Below are positions 1 to 16,225 of a stretch of 64,000 nucleotides of DNA, in pieces. The DNA is from Octopus vulgaris (lineage: Eukaryota): NCBI GenBank assembly GCA_951406725.2, contig OX597838.1, positions 2,852,001-2,916,000 of the forward strand, written 5' to 3'. How positions within the stretch are numbered: the first letter of the stretch is position 1; the number at the start of each line of letters is the position of its first letter. The translations under genes and the position numbers were made by a program. The notes beneath the pieces are model-generated. The model did no database searches, was not told the origin of the DNA, and worked only from the letters and a program-made list of their open reading frames with translations.

Positions 1-154
1 GTGTGTGTGTGGGGGGGGGTTAAATATGTACACACTCGCGCGCGCGTGCCTCAATACGAAAATACATCAGACCTACATAGACAGGCAGACAGACAAACAG
101 GCAACCAGACAAGCAGATAAACGGACTGACAGACAGACAGGCAGACAGATAGAC

Positions 155-215
<61 letters not shown>

Positions 216-233
216 CATACATATACATTTACT

Positions 234-321
<88 letters not shown>

Positions 322-648
322 TATATACATATATATATACATATACACATACACGATTCTGAATTGGGTTGCAAGACTCTTGTATATATATGTGTGTGTG
401 TGTGTGTGTGTATGTGTACGTATATAAATACACACTTTATTGCACTTGGGCTAAAAGTATAAAATATATCTACATTATATGCACATATTTATTTATATAT
501 ACACGCACACACACACACACACACACAGCACACACGTTTATACACATACATGCTTACATAACTGCATACATATACATACTTACAGATACACACACGTGCA
601 TATCAATATACATATGTAAGTATTAACATGTATATATATATATATATA

Positions 649-707
<59 letters not shown>

Positions 708-2360
708 AGATTAGTTATATAAGAGGTGTCAGGCTGCAATGCCTGCTGCCACAGACATCGCCGGTTCACTGAAGTGTACCAGACAGCGTGTGTAGCCAAG
801 TGTAGCAGGATGCGCAGTCATGCGTAGTGGCCAGCCAAAAAGTAAGGAAAAACAACAACGCAAACCAGGTTAAAAGAGTTTTGGGGAAAAGGAAGCGAAA
901 GGAATGAAAAAAAAGACATTCTAAAATAGGGAGAGCAATGATTGGTGTGTATCTATATACATATATATATATATACGCACACACATTCAATATATATATA
1001 TATATATATACAAACACACCAATGAAGGGATTGATTGGTGAAAGTTTGTACTATGGTCGTTGCTGTCTTTGTGGTGGTGGTGGTGGTGGTGGTTTTAATG
1101 CTTGTGGGTGTGGCGGGGGTGGCTGCTAGTGTTATTTGAGTGTAGTTTGTGTGTTGGTGGTTGTACTGCGTGTAATAGTGTTACAGTGATAGTATTATGG
1201 TAGTTGTATCATACTTATGTAGTTACGGTGGTGGTGGTGGTGGTGGTGGTGGTGGTGGCGGTGATGGTGGTAGTGGTGGCGGTGATGGTGGCGGTGTTGG
1301 TGGCAGCATTGTTGGCCGTGATCGTGTTTGGATGTTTGTCTTAGGGTGGCGGGGCTATGCGTACGTGATCTTCGAATACATTGATCTTCGGCTTTATGAT
1401 TATCCCACGAAGATATCCACCAGATTCTGAATGCACTGTGTATACGTTGTTGTACTCACACACACACACACACACACACACAACCACACACACATACACA
1501 CACACACACATAAACGAACATATACATACATATATACATCGGCCGCCACACCTCTCAGGATTTTATCTCTAATAAGCGATGAGATCCAAGGTGGACTAAG
1601 ACACTTCGTAATCTTTGGCTTGAGGCTGACCATTTCCCAGATTGATGTGGCACCTATTGGTGATGTCTGGCAGCGAGTTAGACTGAAATGAGGTAGAATA
1701 TAGTGTTCTGACTAGAAATATCGCGACTAGCGTGTACTGAGTTTGAACTCATCACCCACAGGTCAGTAAACCTGTACATCATTTCATCCGCCAGCTTGTT
1801 TGGGAATTTTATGTAATGTTGGCGAGATCATTTATAACGTAGGGAGGCACAACATGACAAGCAGACACTTATATACAAGGTTATAGTTACAGATGCACAC
1901 ACACACATACGTGTACATACAAACGAAGAAATACATACGTAAATACACAAGCACACACTTTTATAAACATCCAAACATATACTCATGCATAAATACGCAA
2001 ACCTACATACGAACATACATAAGTGCACGTACACACGTGCTCGCGCGCGCCAATATGCTCTGACGATCGCGCTTTCACAAACAATTACACGGAAACAAAC
2101 ACACATCAACGCATACAAAAATCCAGAATAAGCACTTAAACACTTAAGTATACACACAGCTACACAGAATTGCACACTCACACACATACAGTCACATACA
2201 CATAACACATACAAATACACACTCATAATACACATACACACACACATACACACGCACACACACACAGAGGTTAGAAAAACAGAAGCATATTTAATGCATT
2301 GACAGAGAAAATATTAAATATACACACAATAGGCAAATATACTTGCTCAGACGCCTAAAC

Positions 2361-2408
<48 letters not shown>

Positions 2409-2836
2409 ATACACGCAGAAATGCACGCACACACCCACATACATGCGCAAGCCTATACAATCGCATGAAGAAAGCACAATTACGCACTGAACGCAAGAAC
2501 ACACACACACACGAGGCATTATCAGAGAAAATATTGTTAAATCTGTGACTAAGAATCATCCAAAATCCGTCGATTTAAAAGTCTGCCGGTAAGTTCTTGG
2601 ACGCGTAAAGTCACTGAGTTTGGAGTCTGAATCCCCGGAGAAGCAATACAGTAGGTAGGATTGGCAGTGCCAATCAGACTCCATTCGCCAAATCTTCTGG
2701 GACGAATCCAGTGCCCTCGCAATTGGCTTTCAGTATTATCGAACGCCATTTCGGCGTATTTGCCAAAGTCTGTAGAATGACCTCTGAGAATTTTGAAAGG
2801 AAATCCGATTGGAAAATGCCTCTTAGAGGATTATTT

Positions 2837-2902
<66 letters not shown>

Positions 2903-2992
2903 GTATGTACACACGTACACGGACACACATAACTATACATACATACATACATACATACATACATTATATGTATATATTGATAGATAGATAGC

Positions 2993-3039
<47 letters not shown>

Positions 3040-3357
3040 GCAGGCAGACAGACAGACGGACAAACAGACAGACAGACAGACAGATAGATACATACTTACA
3101 TACATACATACATACATACATGCATACATACGTACATACATACATACATACATACATACATACATACATACATACATACATACATACACATACACACTCG
3201 CACAAATACCCACGATATGTATGCGTATACATATGCATGTATTTGTATGTATTTCTCTGTGTGAGTGTGTGAGTGTGTGAGTTTGTGTGTATGCATATGT
3301 GCGTGTTTATGTGTACAATCATGCGTATGTGTGCGTGAGTATTTCTTGTATGTCTGT

Positions 3358-3416
<59 letters not shown>

Positions 3417-4989
3417 GCGTGCGTGTATTTAAATCCAAGCCATTACAGATCGGTCAATAGCGATATTTTCTCCGCGCAACTAGCTTCACCATTTTAACAA
3501 TTTCAACATCGACCACCACCTACCACCACCGCACACCACCACCACACACCTCCACCGCACACCACCACCGCACACCACCACCACACACCACCACCGCACA
3601 CCACCACCACACACCTCCACCGCACACCACCACCGCACACCACCACCACATACTAACATCAAAACCAACGTTACCACCACCGTCCTTCATCAACACCAAC
3701 TTCAGCACCACTCACCCGCACCCCTCTTCCTCTTCCATCCCCACACACCCCACACACACACAATCCATCAACATGACCAACACTACCGTCACTATTACCA
3801 AACAACCTCCATCACAAAAGCAACGCCAAACCAAAGAAAAACAAACCAACACCATCGCCGCCATCACCACCAATGCCATCGCCATCGCCAAATTATGTCA
3901 TTTTTTTCCTTTTCTCATCCACCCCCATTCCTCCCACTCCCACCCTGTACCAATTATAAATTATCAAATAATTTATTTGCAAGTTTTAATGAAATCCATC
4001 AACGGTTTGACAAGACGGTTTGAAAGGCGGCGGCGGCGGCGTTCCGTCTGTGCTTCGGTTGATGAGACCCAATTAGATTCAACTTGCGATTCGCCAGTTC
4101 CTCAATCTTCAATTGATGTTCATTTTGTTGTTATTGTTGTTGTTGTTGTTGCTGTTGTCGATGTCATTGTTGTTACTATTACTGTTAGCGTTATCGTTTT
4201 TTGATGGTATTGTTGTTGTTCATTTTTCGTGGTGGTGGTGGTGGTAGTGGTGGTGGTGGTGGTGGTGGTGGTGGTGGTGGTGGTGGTGGTGGTGGTGGTG
4301 GTTTTGGCGGTGGTGTCCTCGCTGCTGTTATTTTTATTGGTCATATTGCTGTTTGCACCAGCTCAACCCTGATAGAGGCCAACCATGATCACCCCGTCAA
4401 TTTGTCTGTCAAGCACTTCACTGTCCAATGTATTCTTCGCACGTTAACTGAGGGAAAATTAGGCTGCTATTTCTTGCAGGCCGTGTTACAGCGTACAGCC
4501 TCCCTCATTAACTCATTCTCTGTAGAAAGATTATAATTAAAAATCCAGTAAAGACCGAGAAGGCAATCATGAATATATTGCTAATTAATTAGTGAGATTC
4601 TAATGCAAATTATCTTCTCGGATATTTTTAGCGCGAAACTGAGGTGAGAAATAGAAACAGTTCTATTGACCACTGTCCACTGAGCAGAGGCCGAAATGGT
4701 CAAAGTGGGAAAATATAAACAAGACTCCTTCTTTAGCCCCAGTCCTGACTGAGCACGCCTATAATCAACGAGGCTCCAACCGTGGCCATTCCGTTTTTTC
4801 TCTCCGTAATTTATGTTTCTAGAACTGCATTATCCACAATCTCGTTCTTGGTGTTGTTTCGTTTGAGGATTGTTTAGCGGTTCTGATTGTTATCAAGTCG
4901 AGTAAACACGAGCAACGTTCAAATGGTCTGCGTAAATTAAGGGTAGCTATACACCCCCTAATTATCTTATTACTATTACAATAATATAA

Positions 4990-5330
4990 TTAGTCTACAA
5001 ACTCCTTGAACAGAGGGCATGTGGCCCTATTCTCTATTGAAGTCGTCTGCTGCAACTTCCTACTTGGATCTTTTCGAATATTTCCTACAAAAGATTGGTC
5101 TGGAATCCAGACAACTGAACAAAGCCACCAACGAGGTAAGCAGCTCGAAACTAGCAGCTCGAGGTGGCTATGGTTGATAAGAGACTGCAAGTGGAACCGT
5201 TAGACACGTGAAAAATATCTCATTCCGCTCTGAACACTCTACGGGTGAAGCGTAGAGGCTAAGGGGCGAAACGATTGTGAGCTTTGGATGGCTGCTGCTG
5301 ATGTTCTAGCATTGCAATGCATTCAGAAGA
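4990..5330 (+). mobile_element. Degraded 3' end of an RLE-type non-LTR retrotransposon (HERO-like)
   Basis: Frameshifted translation LFSIEVVCCNFLLGSFRIF / LQKIGLESRQLNKATNEV / ETSSSRWLWLIR resembles the EVGCRGF...S...LG...A...S.WLW..R C-terminus of HERO-clade elements. Confidence 0.6.
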
Positions 5331-5616
5331 ACATGCAAAACGTCTGAGTAGCTCCTGCAGTTTCTGTATGGGCCAAAATATTTTTGATGTTTATTTCACC
5401 TTAATACGACGACCAGCGGCTATTTTGCTTCTTGTCTCAAACTGATGCTTATAGTTAAGCATCAAGGAATATATATTTTGTAATTTAAAATAGACGTGAC
5501 TGTGAGGGTAAGAAGCTTGCTTCCCAACTATGTGGTCTTCGGTTCAGTCTTACTCCTCGGCACTATTGTCGAGTATCTTCGAATACAGTAGCCCCGAGCA
5601 AACCAAAGCTTTGTGA

Positions 5617-5658
<42 letters not shown>

Positions 5659-5698
5659 TCACATACACACATATATATATATATATATATACTCACAT

Positions 5699-5739
<41 letters not shown>

Positions 5740-6365
5740 TATATATCGGAATTGATGGAGTTGAGCAGGTAAAATCCAGGCTGTATATGTTTCCTAGCTA
5801 TCAGATCCTCGGAAGTAATGATTATTCAGTGAAGGATACTCCACAAACGACTCATCAGGCCGAAGACACCTTAGTTATATAAAGGTTACATTGTCGTCAA
5901 GAGATCCCAAGTAAATTCGCCTGAAATATAACAGACACACACACAATGAGACACACGGAGTAGGAGTCCTTTCCTTTTCATTTTCTCTTCTGGTTTCTCT
6001 CTTACATTATTGCACCTCGAATTACAAACGGTTTTCTGGAGGGGCTTTTTTCCATTTTTTTAAATTTTCACTTACACATCCAGATATACACACATATACA
6101 CACGCACACACACGCGCGCTTGCGCCTAAATGTATGTGATATATGAAGCGATATGCAACTATCAGTAACAGTCAGCACCGAAAGTATTTCGTGCTATTTA
6201 AATCCGATTTTAGCTATTTACTATTGAGATTAGGAGGCGAATATATCGTTCTTACAAAATGGACGCGTTTGCCTTCAAATATGATTTACTAGCCAGCATC
6301 CGGGAAGTTAGTATATCGCTATTCTTGTGTGAGAGTGTATACACACACACACACATATATATATA

Positions 6366-6430
<65 letters not shown>

Positions 6431-6518
6431 TTACACACACACACATACACACACATAAGATAGAAAGAGAAGGTTGGGGTGGTTTACATCTGCGTGAATG
6501 TATGTAAGCATATATTGT

Positions 6519-6572
<54 letters not shown>

Positions 6573-6968
6573 ATATATGTATGGTATATATATATATATA
6601 CATCTATATATATATATATCATGTCTGTATATATCCTATATATATATATATATATACCATACATATATATCATATATATATATATATATATATCCTATGT
6701 ATATACCATACATATATATCATATATATATATATATATATATATATTGCTATGTGAATGTATATATGCAAACCTACATGCATACATATAGGCATATATTT
6801 ATACATACGTATATAAACTTGCTTATTTGAATTGGTATTATATATAAATGCATATATGTGTATGCTTGTGCATAAATATATATGTTTATATATACATATA
6901 TACATATACATATATATATATATATATTTGTATGCATACACACAGTCTCTCTCTCACACACACGCGCG

Positions 6969-7018
<50 letters not shown>

Positions 7019-7562
7019 AATACATACACGTACCTATATAGCCACATACAGCCACAACCACAACCACAACCACTTCTGATTCTAATCCTCCCCTTATTAA
7101 ATATCAATAAATTTCACTTTAATTTTGTTTCTTTATAGTTTCTTTACTTTCTGCTTAAAATTATTTTTGCTTTGTATTTTCGCCAATATTTCTATCAAAA
7201 TAAAATCCTAAAATACATTAAATACAATTTCAAACATCAGATATTCTGCACATGTTACACCATACCGAACCTTATTAAACGTTTTTCAATTCAGCTTAGG
7301 TTTCTTTCTTTTGTTTTCTCTTTATTGTTTTTTACGTTTTTGTTACCTTGATAAGTATCTCAGTTTAAACTTCCTAGGAAAGGTTGATGTCTAAAATAGT
7401 TAGTTAACAAATTAATTAGTTTAAATTGTTAAACACGCTTAATAATCCCGTCAAAGCAGCAGCTTATTAACAAAATGATTAATTACGAAATTTTCTCCAA
7501 TGTTATTGTATAAAGATGGCGGTTTACTTTATTTATTTTCATTCGATACCCTCTACCTCCCC

Positions 7563-7598
<36 letters not shown>

Positions 7599-8060
7599 TT
7601 CCTCTCTCGTTTCCTCATTTAAATGGATTCATTAAATTTTTATTTTTAATTAATAATTTAGAGGTTTTGAAGATTGATTACTTGTATAATCTAAGAGAGT
7701 TAAATATGATTCATTATTCAAGTGAGCTAATTAATTACAATTGATTCTTTTTATTTATGAAATTACAACCCGCTTAACCCTTCGTTTCAGGCAACAGCGC
7801 TCTGAAGATTATCCACATCCAGAAATAGAATATATTTAACAGTCATCCAAAGATAATAACATCCAAACATTTGTATCCACTCGTTTGGGGTTCATCAAGG
7901 AAACGCTTGTTTCTTCTGCAACGCAATGAAGTCTTTGAGACATCACTAGATATTTTTTGAAGAGTTTATGAAATGTGAAATCGCTATGACAAGGCTTCAG
8001 GGCTCAGCCAACTATCCTCTCTCAGTTACATAAATAATGTGTTATACACATACACAAACA

Positions 8061-8142
<82 letters not shown>

Positions 8143-8646
8143 GAGTTCCGGGTTTAGTTTCACTAAGTGGCACTAGAGCAAGTGCCCTCTACTAGAGTCT
8201 CGAACCGAGCAAAAGCTTGTGAGTGGATTTGGTAGACGGAAACTAAAATATAAATAGATATATTTTTTCATCAATATTTAGCAAGTGCAAAAAGAGTGAT
8301 TCAGGGACCAAGTGACGAAACTCTCGATTCTTGAGTCACTCTTTTGCCTCTGTTAGACATTATTGAAATAAAATGTCTATCTCTGAAGAGCGCAGGGTTA
8401 CATAGTCGGATTATTATATAACACTCCATTGAACCCCAAGTGCGAAAACAATTGGTAAGATAGGCAGTAATGAATTTATAATACCGTACACTTCGGTTAA
8501 TATATAATATATAATATATAATATATAATATAATATATATATGTGTGTGTGTAGAGAGAGAGGGGGGAGAGAGATAGCCAAATAGAGAGAGATACATAGA
8601 TACATGCATACATATACATAGATGTATATATATATATATGTGTATG

Positions 8647-8678
<32 letters not shown>

Positions 8679-8707
8679 GTATATATATCATATATATATA
8701 TATAGAT

Positions 8708-8754
<47 letters not shown>

Positions 8755-8960
8755 TATACATATATATATATATATAAGTATGTATGTATATACTTGTCTG
8801 TGTTTGTCCCCCACTATCGTTTGACAACCGATGTTGGTGTGTTTACGTCCCCGTAAGCGGTTCGGCAAAAAGAGACCGATAGAATAAGTACTAGATTTAC
8901 GAAGAATTAGTGCTCCAGCATGGCTGCAGTCAAATAACGGAAACACGTAAAAGAATAAAA
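8143..8960 (+). mobile_element. Family B SINE fragments (5' part ~8143-8250, 3' part ~8795-8960); a further head fragment lies at ~5495-5615
   Basis: GTGAGTGGATTTGGTAGACGGAAACT and GCGGTTCGGCAAAAAGAGACCGATAGAATAAGTACTAG motifs. Confidence 0.75.
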
Positions 8961-9807
8961 GAAAACACACACACACATACACACATATATATACATAATA
9001 TTTTTACGTAATATATATATATATGTGTGTGTGTGTGTGGATGGATATAAATTTGTACATATGTGTGTGTTTGTGTGTGTGTGGTGTCTGTCAATTCATA
9101 TATATTACTTGTATATCTATGAGTGCGCCTAGTTAAGAGCTGTGTAGACAGACACGGTGACATACAGACTGACAGACATACAGACAGACTGACAGACACA
9201 CAGACGGACAGACAGACAGACATCTCTCTCTCTTCGCATACAAAGCGACAGACCCGATGTTATTCAGTGTGGCCTGTAAGTAGCTACTTTAATAAATGAA
9301 ACACACAAGGAAATCCAATACACCAATAATATCAATAGACCACTTAATCCACTTCCATCTAATCGGAAATCAATACATCACGTGACTTTCAGTCTATGGA
9401 AGACAGTGAGGGCTATAATTTATTTAGTTATTTATGATAGCCCGTAAAGATCGATAATTTGTTAATTTTTGAGTCAGTTGATCTTAAAGTGAACTCTGTC
9501 TCAGCAGGTACTTTTAGTAATGTCTACCTTTAACCGGGGGCAGGAGTACCATACAACCTTGCAGCATGCTAGAAATAGCAGCCAAAATTTTCTCTGTCAT
9601 TCTCTTCTGTGTTAATAAAAAGGTATAGAACGTTGGATAAGGTAGTCCTAGATAGACAATGTCTGAAACAATAAAGATAGATCGGTTTCATGTCTACAAC
9701 GATTTTTGAATTATATTTTGGAGATGAATGACATCGACGAAAGCAACAACAAATCGCTAGTGTAACCCCGACTATAAACAACAAACACCACCACCAATAA
9801 TAATAAG

Positions 9808-9991
9808 GGTTTCAAATTTTGCCACAAGGGCAGCAATTTTGGGGAAAGGAGACAGTCGATTACATTGACCCCAGTATTCAACTGGTACTTATTTTATCGA
9901 TCCCGAAAGGATGAATTTAAACTCAGAACGTAGCGGCAGACAAAATGCCGCTAAGCCTTTCGGCCGGCGTGCTGACGGCTCTACCAGTTCG
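9808..9991 (-). mobile_element. SINE family A, internally deleted
   Basis: CTGGTACTTATTTTATCGATCCCGAAAGGATGAA...AACTCAGAACGTAGCGGCAGAC matches the family. Confidence 0.8.
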
Positions 9992-10049
9992 AATAATCAT
10001 AATAATAAAAATAATAATAATAGTATCATTATTGTTGTTGTTGTTGTTG

Positions 10050-10104
<55 letters not shown>

Positions 10105-10611
10105 CATCATTATTACCATTATTATTATTTCATTTATTTGTCAGAAGGGCGAAAATAACAATGATGATGATGGTGATGATGATGATGATGACGTTAGCAA
10201 TAATATTGGTTTCTCATTTTTATTCCTATGTCTTGAGCAAGGAATTAAAAGAGAGAAAAACCATTATTATATCTGTTATTGTTACTCTTCTTGATGTTTT
10301 TTTAAATGTCGACATTTTATTTATTTTTTTTTTAAGACTTTTTTTTAAAATCTAAAACCGGAATCGACCATCAAGAATAGATTTTATTAAATATGTGTGA
10401 GTATATGTGTGCGTTATATGACTGTAATATGTACAGCGGTGTGAGTATCCATGTATACATGTATGTGGAATGTGTGTGCGTGTGTGGGTGTGCGTGTGTG
10501 TATGTGTGAGTGTGTTTAGATGTGTAAGTGTGTAGCGTCTGAGGATGCTCTTTGCAGGTGAAAGTGCAGACTGACTTGATGAAACCGAATTGGATGGGGA
10601 TATATGCAATT

Positions 10612-10997
<386 letters not shown>

Positions 10998-11000
10998 ATG

Positions 11001-12225
11001 TATTTCTTTATTGGCCACACAGGGCCGAACACAGAGAGAGACAAATACAGTGTCGACCTTTTCTTTTCGAAAGAAAAAAAGAAGGAAAATAGAAAAAAAT
11101 GGATGAAAAAAATCCGATCAAGTGGGATCGTGTATCACAGAACAGAGTAAAAATGTAAAACAACAGATTAGGTTTATTTGTGGAAGGAAAATCCTACGGA
11201 AAAGACCACGGTGACCTCAGGCAGGCAGGGAAAAACACATGAGAGCAAAGCGCTCCCTCTCTCTTTTTCGATTTACAGGATCATGCTCAAAGTAATTTCG
11301 TCGCTCGCACGCACCATCTTTGCTACATTCACCCACCTTTTATTGAAGCTTTCACAAGACAAAACTTCCCTCTCTATTCTCACCTTCCTTTTCAAGTGGT
11401 ACTTGAAAAAGTTGATGAGCGATTAGCCAGAGAGGTAAGTGTTTGTCTCTAATCCTTTCACTCGAGTCCACCACACACATTCTTTCACCATGGCCACCAG
11501 TACGATGAAGACTGCCTTGCCTTACCGGTTAAGGGAAGGTGGCGGGGCAGTTTTCACGATAGACTCAGCCGACAACCGAATTCGTCGCCGACACTGCACG
11601 AGTGCGTGCAGAACGGTTTCGTTGCTCTGACCGCATCTCGGGCGAGTTGGTCCGGTATATCTCGAACAGTGCCTGTTGAGCTTATACCGAACGGACAATG
11701 CTTTCTGATAGCACTGTCAAGCCAGGGATCACTAGTGATTTTCTATAGGCTCCTGCCAGAAAGTTGTCCTGAACAGGCGGTTCAGGTGTTCTTCGTCGGC
11801 GCCCAGATTCTGCCCGAGAGCGTCGTCGCACCTCCCCTCCACTAATCCGCTATAGAACGCCTTCGTGGTATTGAAGTCGCACAAGTTTGGTCCCGGACGG
11901 CAGAGTTGCTTGAGAGCAACGCGACACTCGCGGTGCCATTCGCCTAGCCTCGGTCTCTGTTTTGATCCACGACTGCAGTTCGGCCGAGGAGACGAGCTGC
12001 CGGAAAGCGCGTCGCACAAACGGCGACCACACCTGTTCACTGTCGTCTATGAAGTGCAGATGTCGCAGTCTCAGCGCATGTCTGCGCATCATTAACCACG
12101 GCATGCCCAGCACTCCATTTATTGGATCGCCTAACCATCGCAACGCTTTCTTTCCACAAAAAGCGGAAGAGCATGCGTTCAAGTTTGGTGATGGTAGGGT
12201 CGGATAGAGAGGATAAAAGCCCTAA
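11001..12225 (-). mobile_element. 5'-truncated L1/Tx1-clade LINE: ORF2 C-terminus (zf-RVT-like Cys/His motif) plus 3' UTR
   Basis: Minus frame with stops reads SLA*QCYQKALSVRYKLNRHCSRYTGPTRPRCGQSNETVLHALVQC, then VWWTRVKG...FFKYHLKRKVRIEREVLS. AATAAA at 11012-11007, directly followed by (TATC)n. Confidence 0.8.
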
Positions 12226-12228
12226 ATG

Positions 12229-12290
<62 letters not shown>

Positions 12291-12484
12291 ATTAAGAGGG
12301 ATTAGGTTGAGAGTTATTTGCAAAGTTGCCATGCTTTAAGCTGTGTAAATTTGACGAGTTTAACCGTAAGATAGAGAGGGAGACAGACAGACAGACAGAC
12401 GCATACGCACACACATATACACACACAGACAGACAGGCAGAAAGAAAGATAGATAGACAGAGAGAGAGAGAAAGATAGATAGAT

Positions 12485-12524
<40 letters not shown>

Positions 12525-12825
12525 AGAGAGATTCGTGGTGGACAAACAGGATAACCGAGTTATGAATATTCAAATCATAAAGTTGCACACAAATAGATTC
12601 AAAATAATTAAGCATGAACACACTCAACCGCATAAAGCAAACCTATACAGAGAGAGAGGGGGGGCGAGAGACGCGCATCAGCACCCACACAAATATAGGC
12701 TACGCATGCGCACAGAAATAAAGAAGAGGAAATTAGAAAAAGAAAAGAATCTTTTTCATGAAGAGATTCAGGGTATTTGATAATGGTCTATATCACACTT
12801 AGCACGCTCACCCGACATTTTCCAT

Positions 12826-12863
<38 letters not shown>

Positions 12864-13554
12864 TGTATACATATATATGTATATGTATAAGTATATGCAA
12901 AGATAGACAGACAGACAGACAGACAGACATTGTAATAGATAGATAGATAGATATCATCTATAATCTGGACGACACACATACATAGGCAGAAACAAGTACA
13001 CACACACACATATATACACACATACGTAAGTACGGATATATAATATATGTGTATAAGTACGGATGTATGGTATATATATGTATATATATATAGATGTGTT
13101 TGCGAATATATATATATATATACGCATACTCACATATATACATATATACACAAACACCTACTTACAAACATAATCATCATTCATACCTATACATACATAC
13201 ATACATACATACCTATGTACTTATATATTCATAAATGCATACAAGTAAACACAAGTCACACATACACACACTTACAGCTACATATGCACATACACGCATT
13301 TGCATACGCAGATATACCGACTCGCACGCACGGGCACTCACTCATACACACACACAAACACAGCTCTATATGCTAACACATACAGATGTATACACGGCGC
13401 GTTAGAACGAAAAACATTTGCTAGGAACATCGAAATTTATCAAAGAAACGTCGAAACAACAAAAACAGAGACAACAACAACAACAACGACAACAATCACG
13501 ATATCAAGATAACTTGTGCAAATCAAAAAAAAAGAAGACTGAAAATTTGTAAAC

Positions 13555-13610
13555 AAAAACAACAACAGCAATAATAATAATACTAATAATAATAATATAA
13601 TAATAATAAA

Positions 13611-13648
<38 letters not shown>

Positions 13649-13709
13649 TAATAATATTAATAACAATAATAATGATGATAATAATAATAATAATAATGAC
13701 AACAACAAC

Positions 13710-13743
<34 letters not shown>

Positions 13744-13795
13744 GTAATAACAACAACACCAATAATAATAATAATAATAATAATAACAACAACAA

Positions 13796-13831
<36 letters not shown>

Positions 13832-13841
13832 CAACAACAAC

Positions 13842-13882
<41 letters not shown>

Positions 13883-13889
13883 CAACAAC

Positions 13890-13924
<35 letters not shown>

Positions 13925-13934
13925 CAACAACAAC

Positions 13935-13975
<41 letters not shown>

Positions 13976-14000
13976 TAATAATAATATAATAATAATAATA
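13555..14000. repeat. (ATA)n/(ACA)n compound array with higher-order periodicity
   Basis: Blocks of roughly 8-12 ATA alternate with roughly 3-5 ACA. Confidence 0.95.
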
Positions 14001-14523
14001 AAGAAATTGATAACAGATAACATTAAAAAATGCTAAACTTGTCATAAATATTCCCGTTCGCCATGTTGTCAGCAACGGCTGCTGGGAAAAAAAAATATGG
14101 CCGCATGTTCGGATTTTACGTTGTTGTTTGTTTTGTTGTTGTTGTTGTTGTTGTTGTAGTTGTTTTTATTGTTGTTGTTGTTGTTGTTGCTTCTTTTGTT
14201 TGTGTTACTTTTGGTTCTGTGTTTTGTTTTGCTCTTTCTTTTTTTGTTTTTCACATTTCTTCTTCGAATGTACAAGCTTTTAATTGGATGACATAATCAT
14301 CATCATGATCGTCATATATTATTATCAATATTAATATCATCATCATTATTATTATTATTATCATTATTAATATTCTCATCATCATCATCATAATCATCAT
14401 AATCTATATTTTTATTATTACTGATGATATTATTTGTGAATTTTCTCTTTTTTTTTTCATTTGCATCATTTGTAGTTATCTAGAATTTGTCATCGTTGTC
14501 GTTATTATTACTATTATTATTAC

Positions 14524-14572
<49 letters not shown>

Positions 14573-15741
14573 GGTAGTGGCGGTGGTGGGGTGGGGGTGA
14601 TGGTGATGGAGGTAGAGTCGGTGTATGTGAAAAGAGAACGGGCGATTCCGAGATAGACCTCCACCAACAAATTAATATGTATCCGGATTACCTAACGCAA
14701 AAATATATTCCTTCAGATTATCTGAGGATCTACCCTTATTAACCACACTTTTCAGTTACCATCCTCATTACCCAGCCCGTCGGAGCGTTGTGGGGGTGGT
14801 CTACTCCTTTACTCTTACATTGAAGAAATGCTTGTCTTCAGACATATTTTACAACCTGTGGTGTATATATCTTTGACGAGCATCCATTTATTTGTGTCAT
14901 TGTCGGTGACTCAGATAAAAACGTGAGAGGTAACGGGAAGAGGTAGTCACTACCGTTGTGGTAGCAGCAATATTAATGGCTACAACAAAAACACACTAAA
15001 ATTGTTTTCAAACGAAAGACATTTTTATAATGACATGAAAATAACGGAGAAAGAGAGAAGGAGAGAAAGAGCAACAGAAGGAAAGAGAAGGAAAGAGAGA
15101 AAGATTCAAGTTTAAGCACTTACATTAACAAGAGCCATGTTAGAAATATTAATTTGAATTTCAAAGACTAACTTTACGAACTGCAACAACACGACGGAGA
15201 AGAGCATTCTTTGGAAGCGATCCCGTGTGTTCAGAAAGTATCTCAGAGTCAAAAGTGCCTCGACCCTTGGCCTGTACGATCCCCTTACGTGGAAGGACGA
15301 AAACTGAATTAGCTCTTTCCCAAATAAAAATTCCCCTCTGAGGGTCTCTTGTCAACTGCAGCAATTTACACCTGGTCTCAGTTCTCGTGAATGTCTTCTA
15401 TGGCGCTTTCTTCAGCTGTTTTTGGTTCCACACGAATTCTTCGGCAAGAAACAGCGAAAAAGAGTCTGCTGCGAACAAAGCAAATAGCAACAGACGTCGA
15501 TAAAGATTCTTTCCTCTTTTCTCTTTTACTTCCTTCGGTCATTAGACAGCGACCAAACTGGGGCACCGCCGTTGAAGAACTGTACTGGAACAAATCTACA
15601 CTTGTACATAGATTTTTTTAAGGCTAGTACTTACTCTATCAGTTTCTTTAGCCGAACTGCTCGGCTACGGGAACGTAAACATCCCTACGCCTGTTGACAA
15701 GCAATGGTGGGGGTCAACCACAGACCCAAACATGCACACAC

Positions 15742-15789
<48 letters not shown>

Positions 15790-15793
<4 letters not shown>

Positions 15794-15918
15794 TTTGTAA
15801 ACCCAGTACTTATTCTATCGGTCTCTTTTGCCGAACCGCTAAGTTACGGGGACCTAAACACACCTCCATCGGTTGGCAAGCGAAGTTGGGGGACAAACAC
15901 AGATACAGAAACATAGAT

Positions 15919-15952
<34 letters not shown>

Positions 15953-16125
15953 ATATATACATATATACGACGGGTTTCTTTCAGTTTCCGTCTACCAAAC
16001 CCACTCACAAGGCTTTGGTCAGCCCGAGGCTATGGTAGAAGACACTTGCCCAAGGTGCCACGCATTGGGACTGAACCCGGAACTATGAGGTTGGTAAGCA
16101 AGCTACTTACCACACAGCCACTCCT
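15790..16125 (-). mobile_element. tRNA-derived SINE, family B (internal AT/CA microsatellite); a second 3' half lies at ~15510-15740
   Basis: Head AGGAGTGGCTGTGTGGTAAGTAGCTTGCTTACCAACC...GGGTTCAGTCCC, body CTTGGGCAAGTGTCTTCTAC, tail AACTTAGCGGTTCGGCAAAAGAGACCGATAGAATAAGTAC. Confidence 0.9.
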
Positions 16126-16225
16126 ATTTTGCGTTTGACCCTCTACCCGATGACTGATGACGATTTGGTGACCTCCTGTGTCTGTTTCTCGCTTGTGCAT
16201 TTATTATATATGCTTTTTAACTTGT

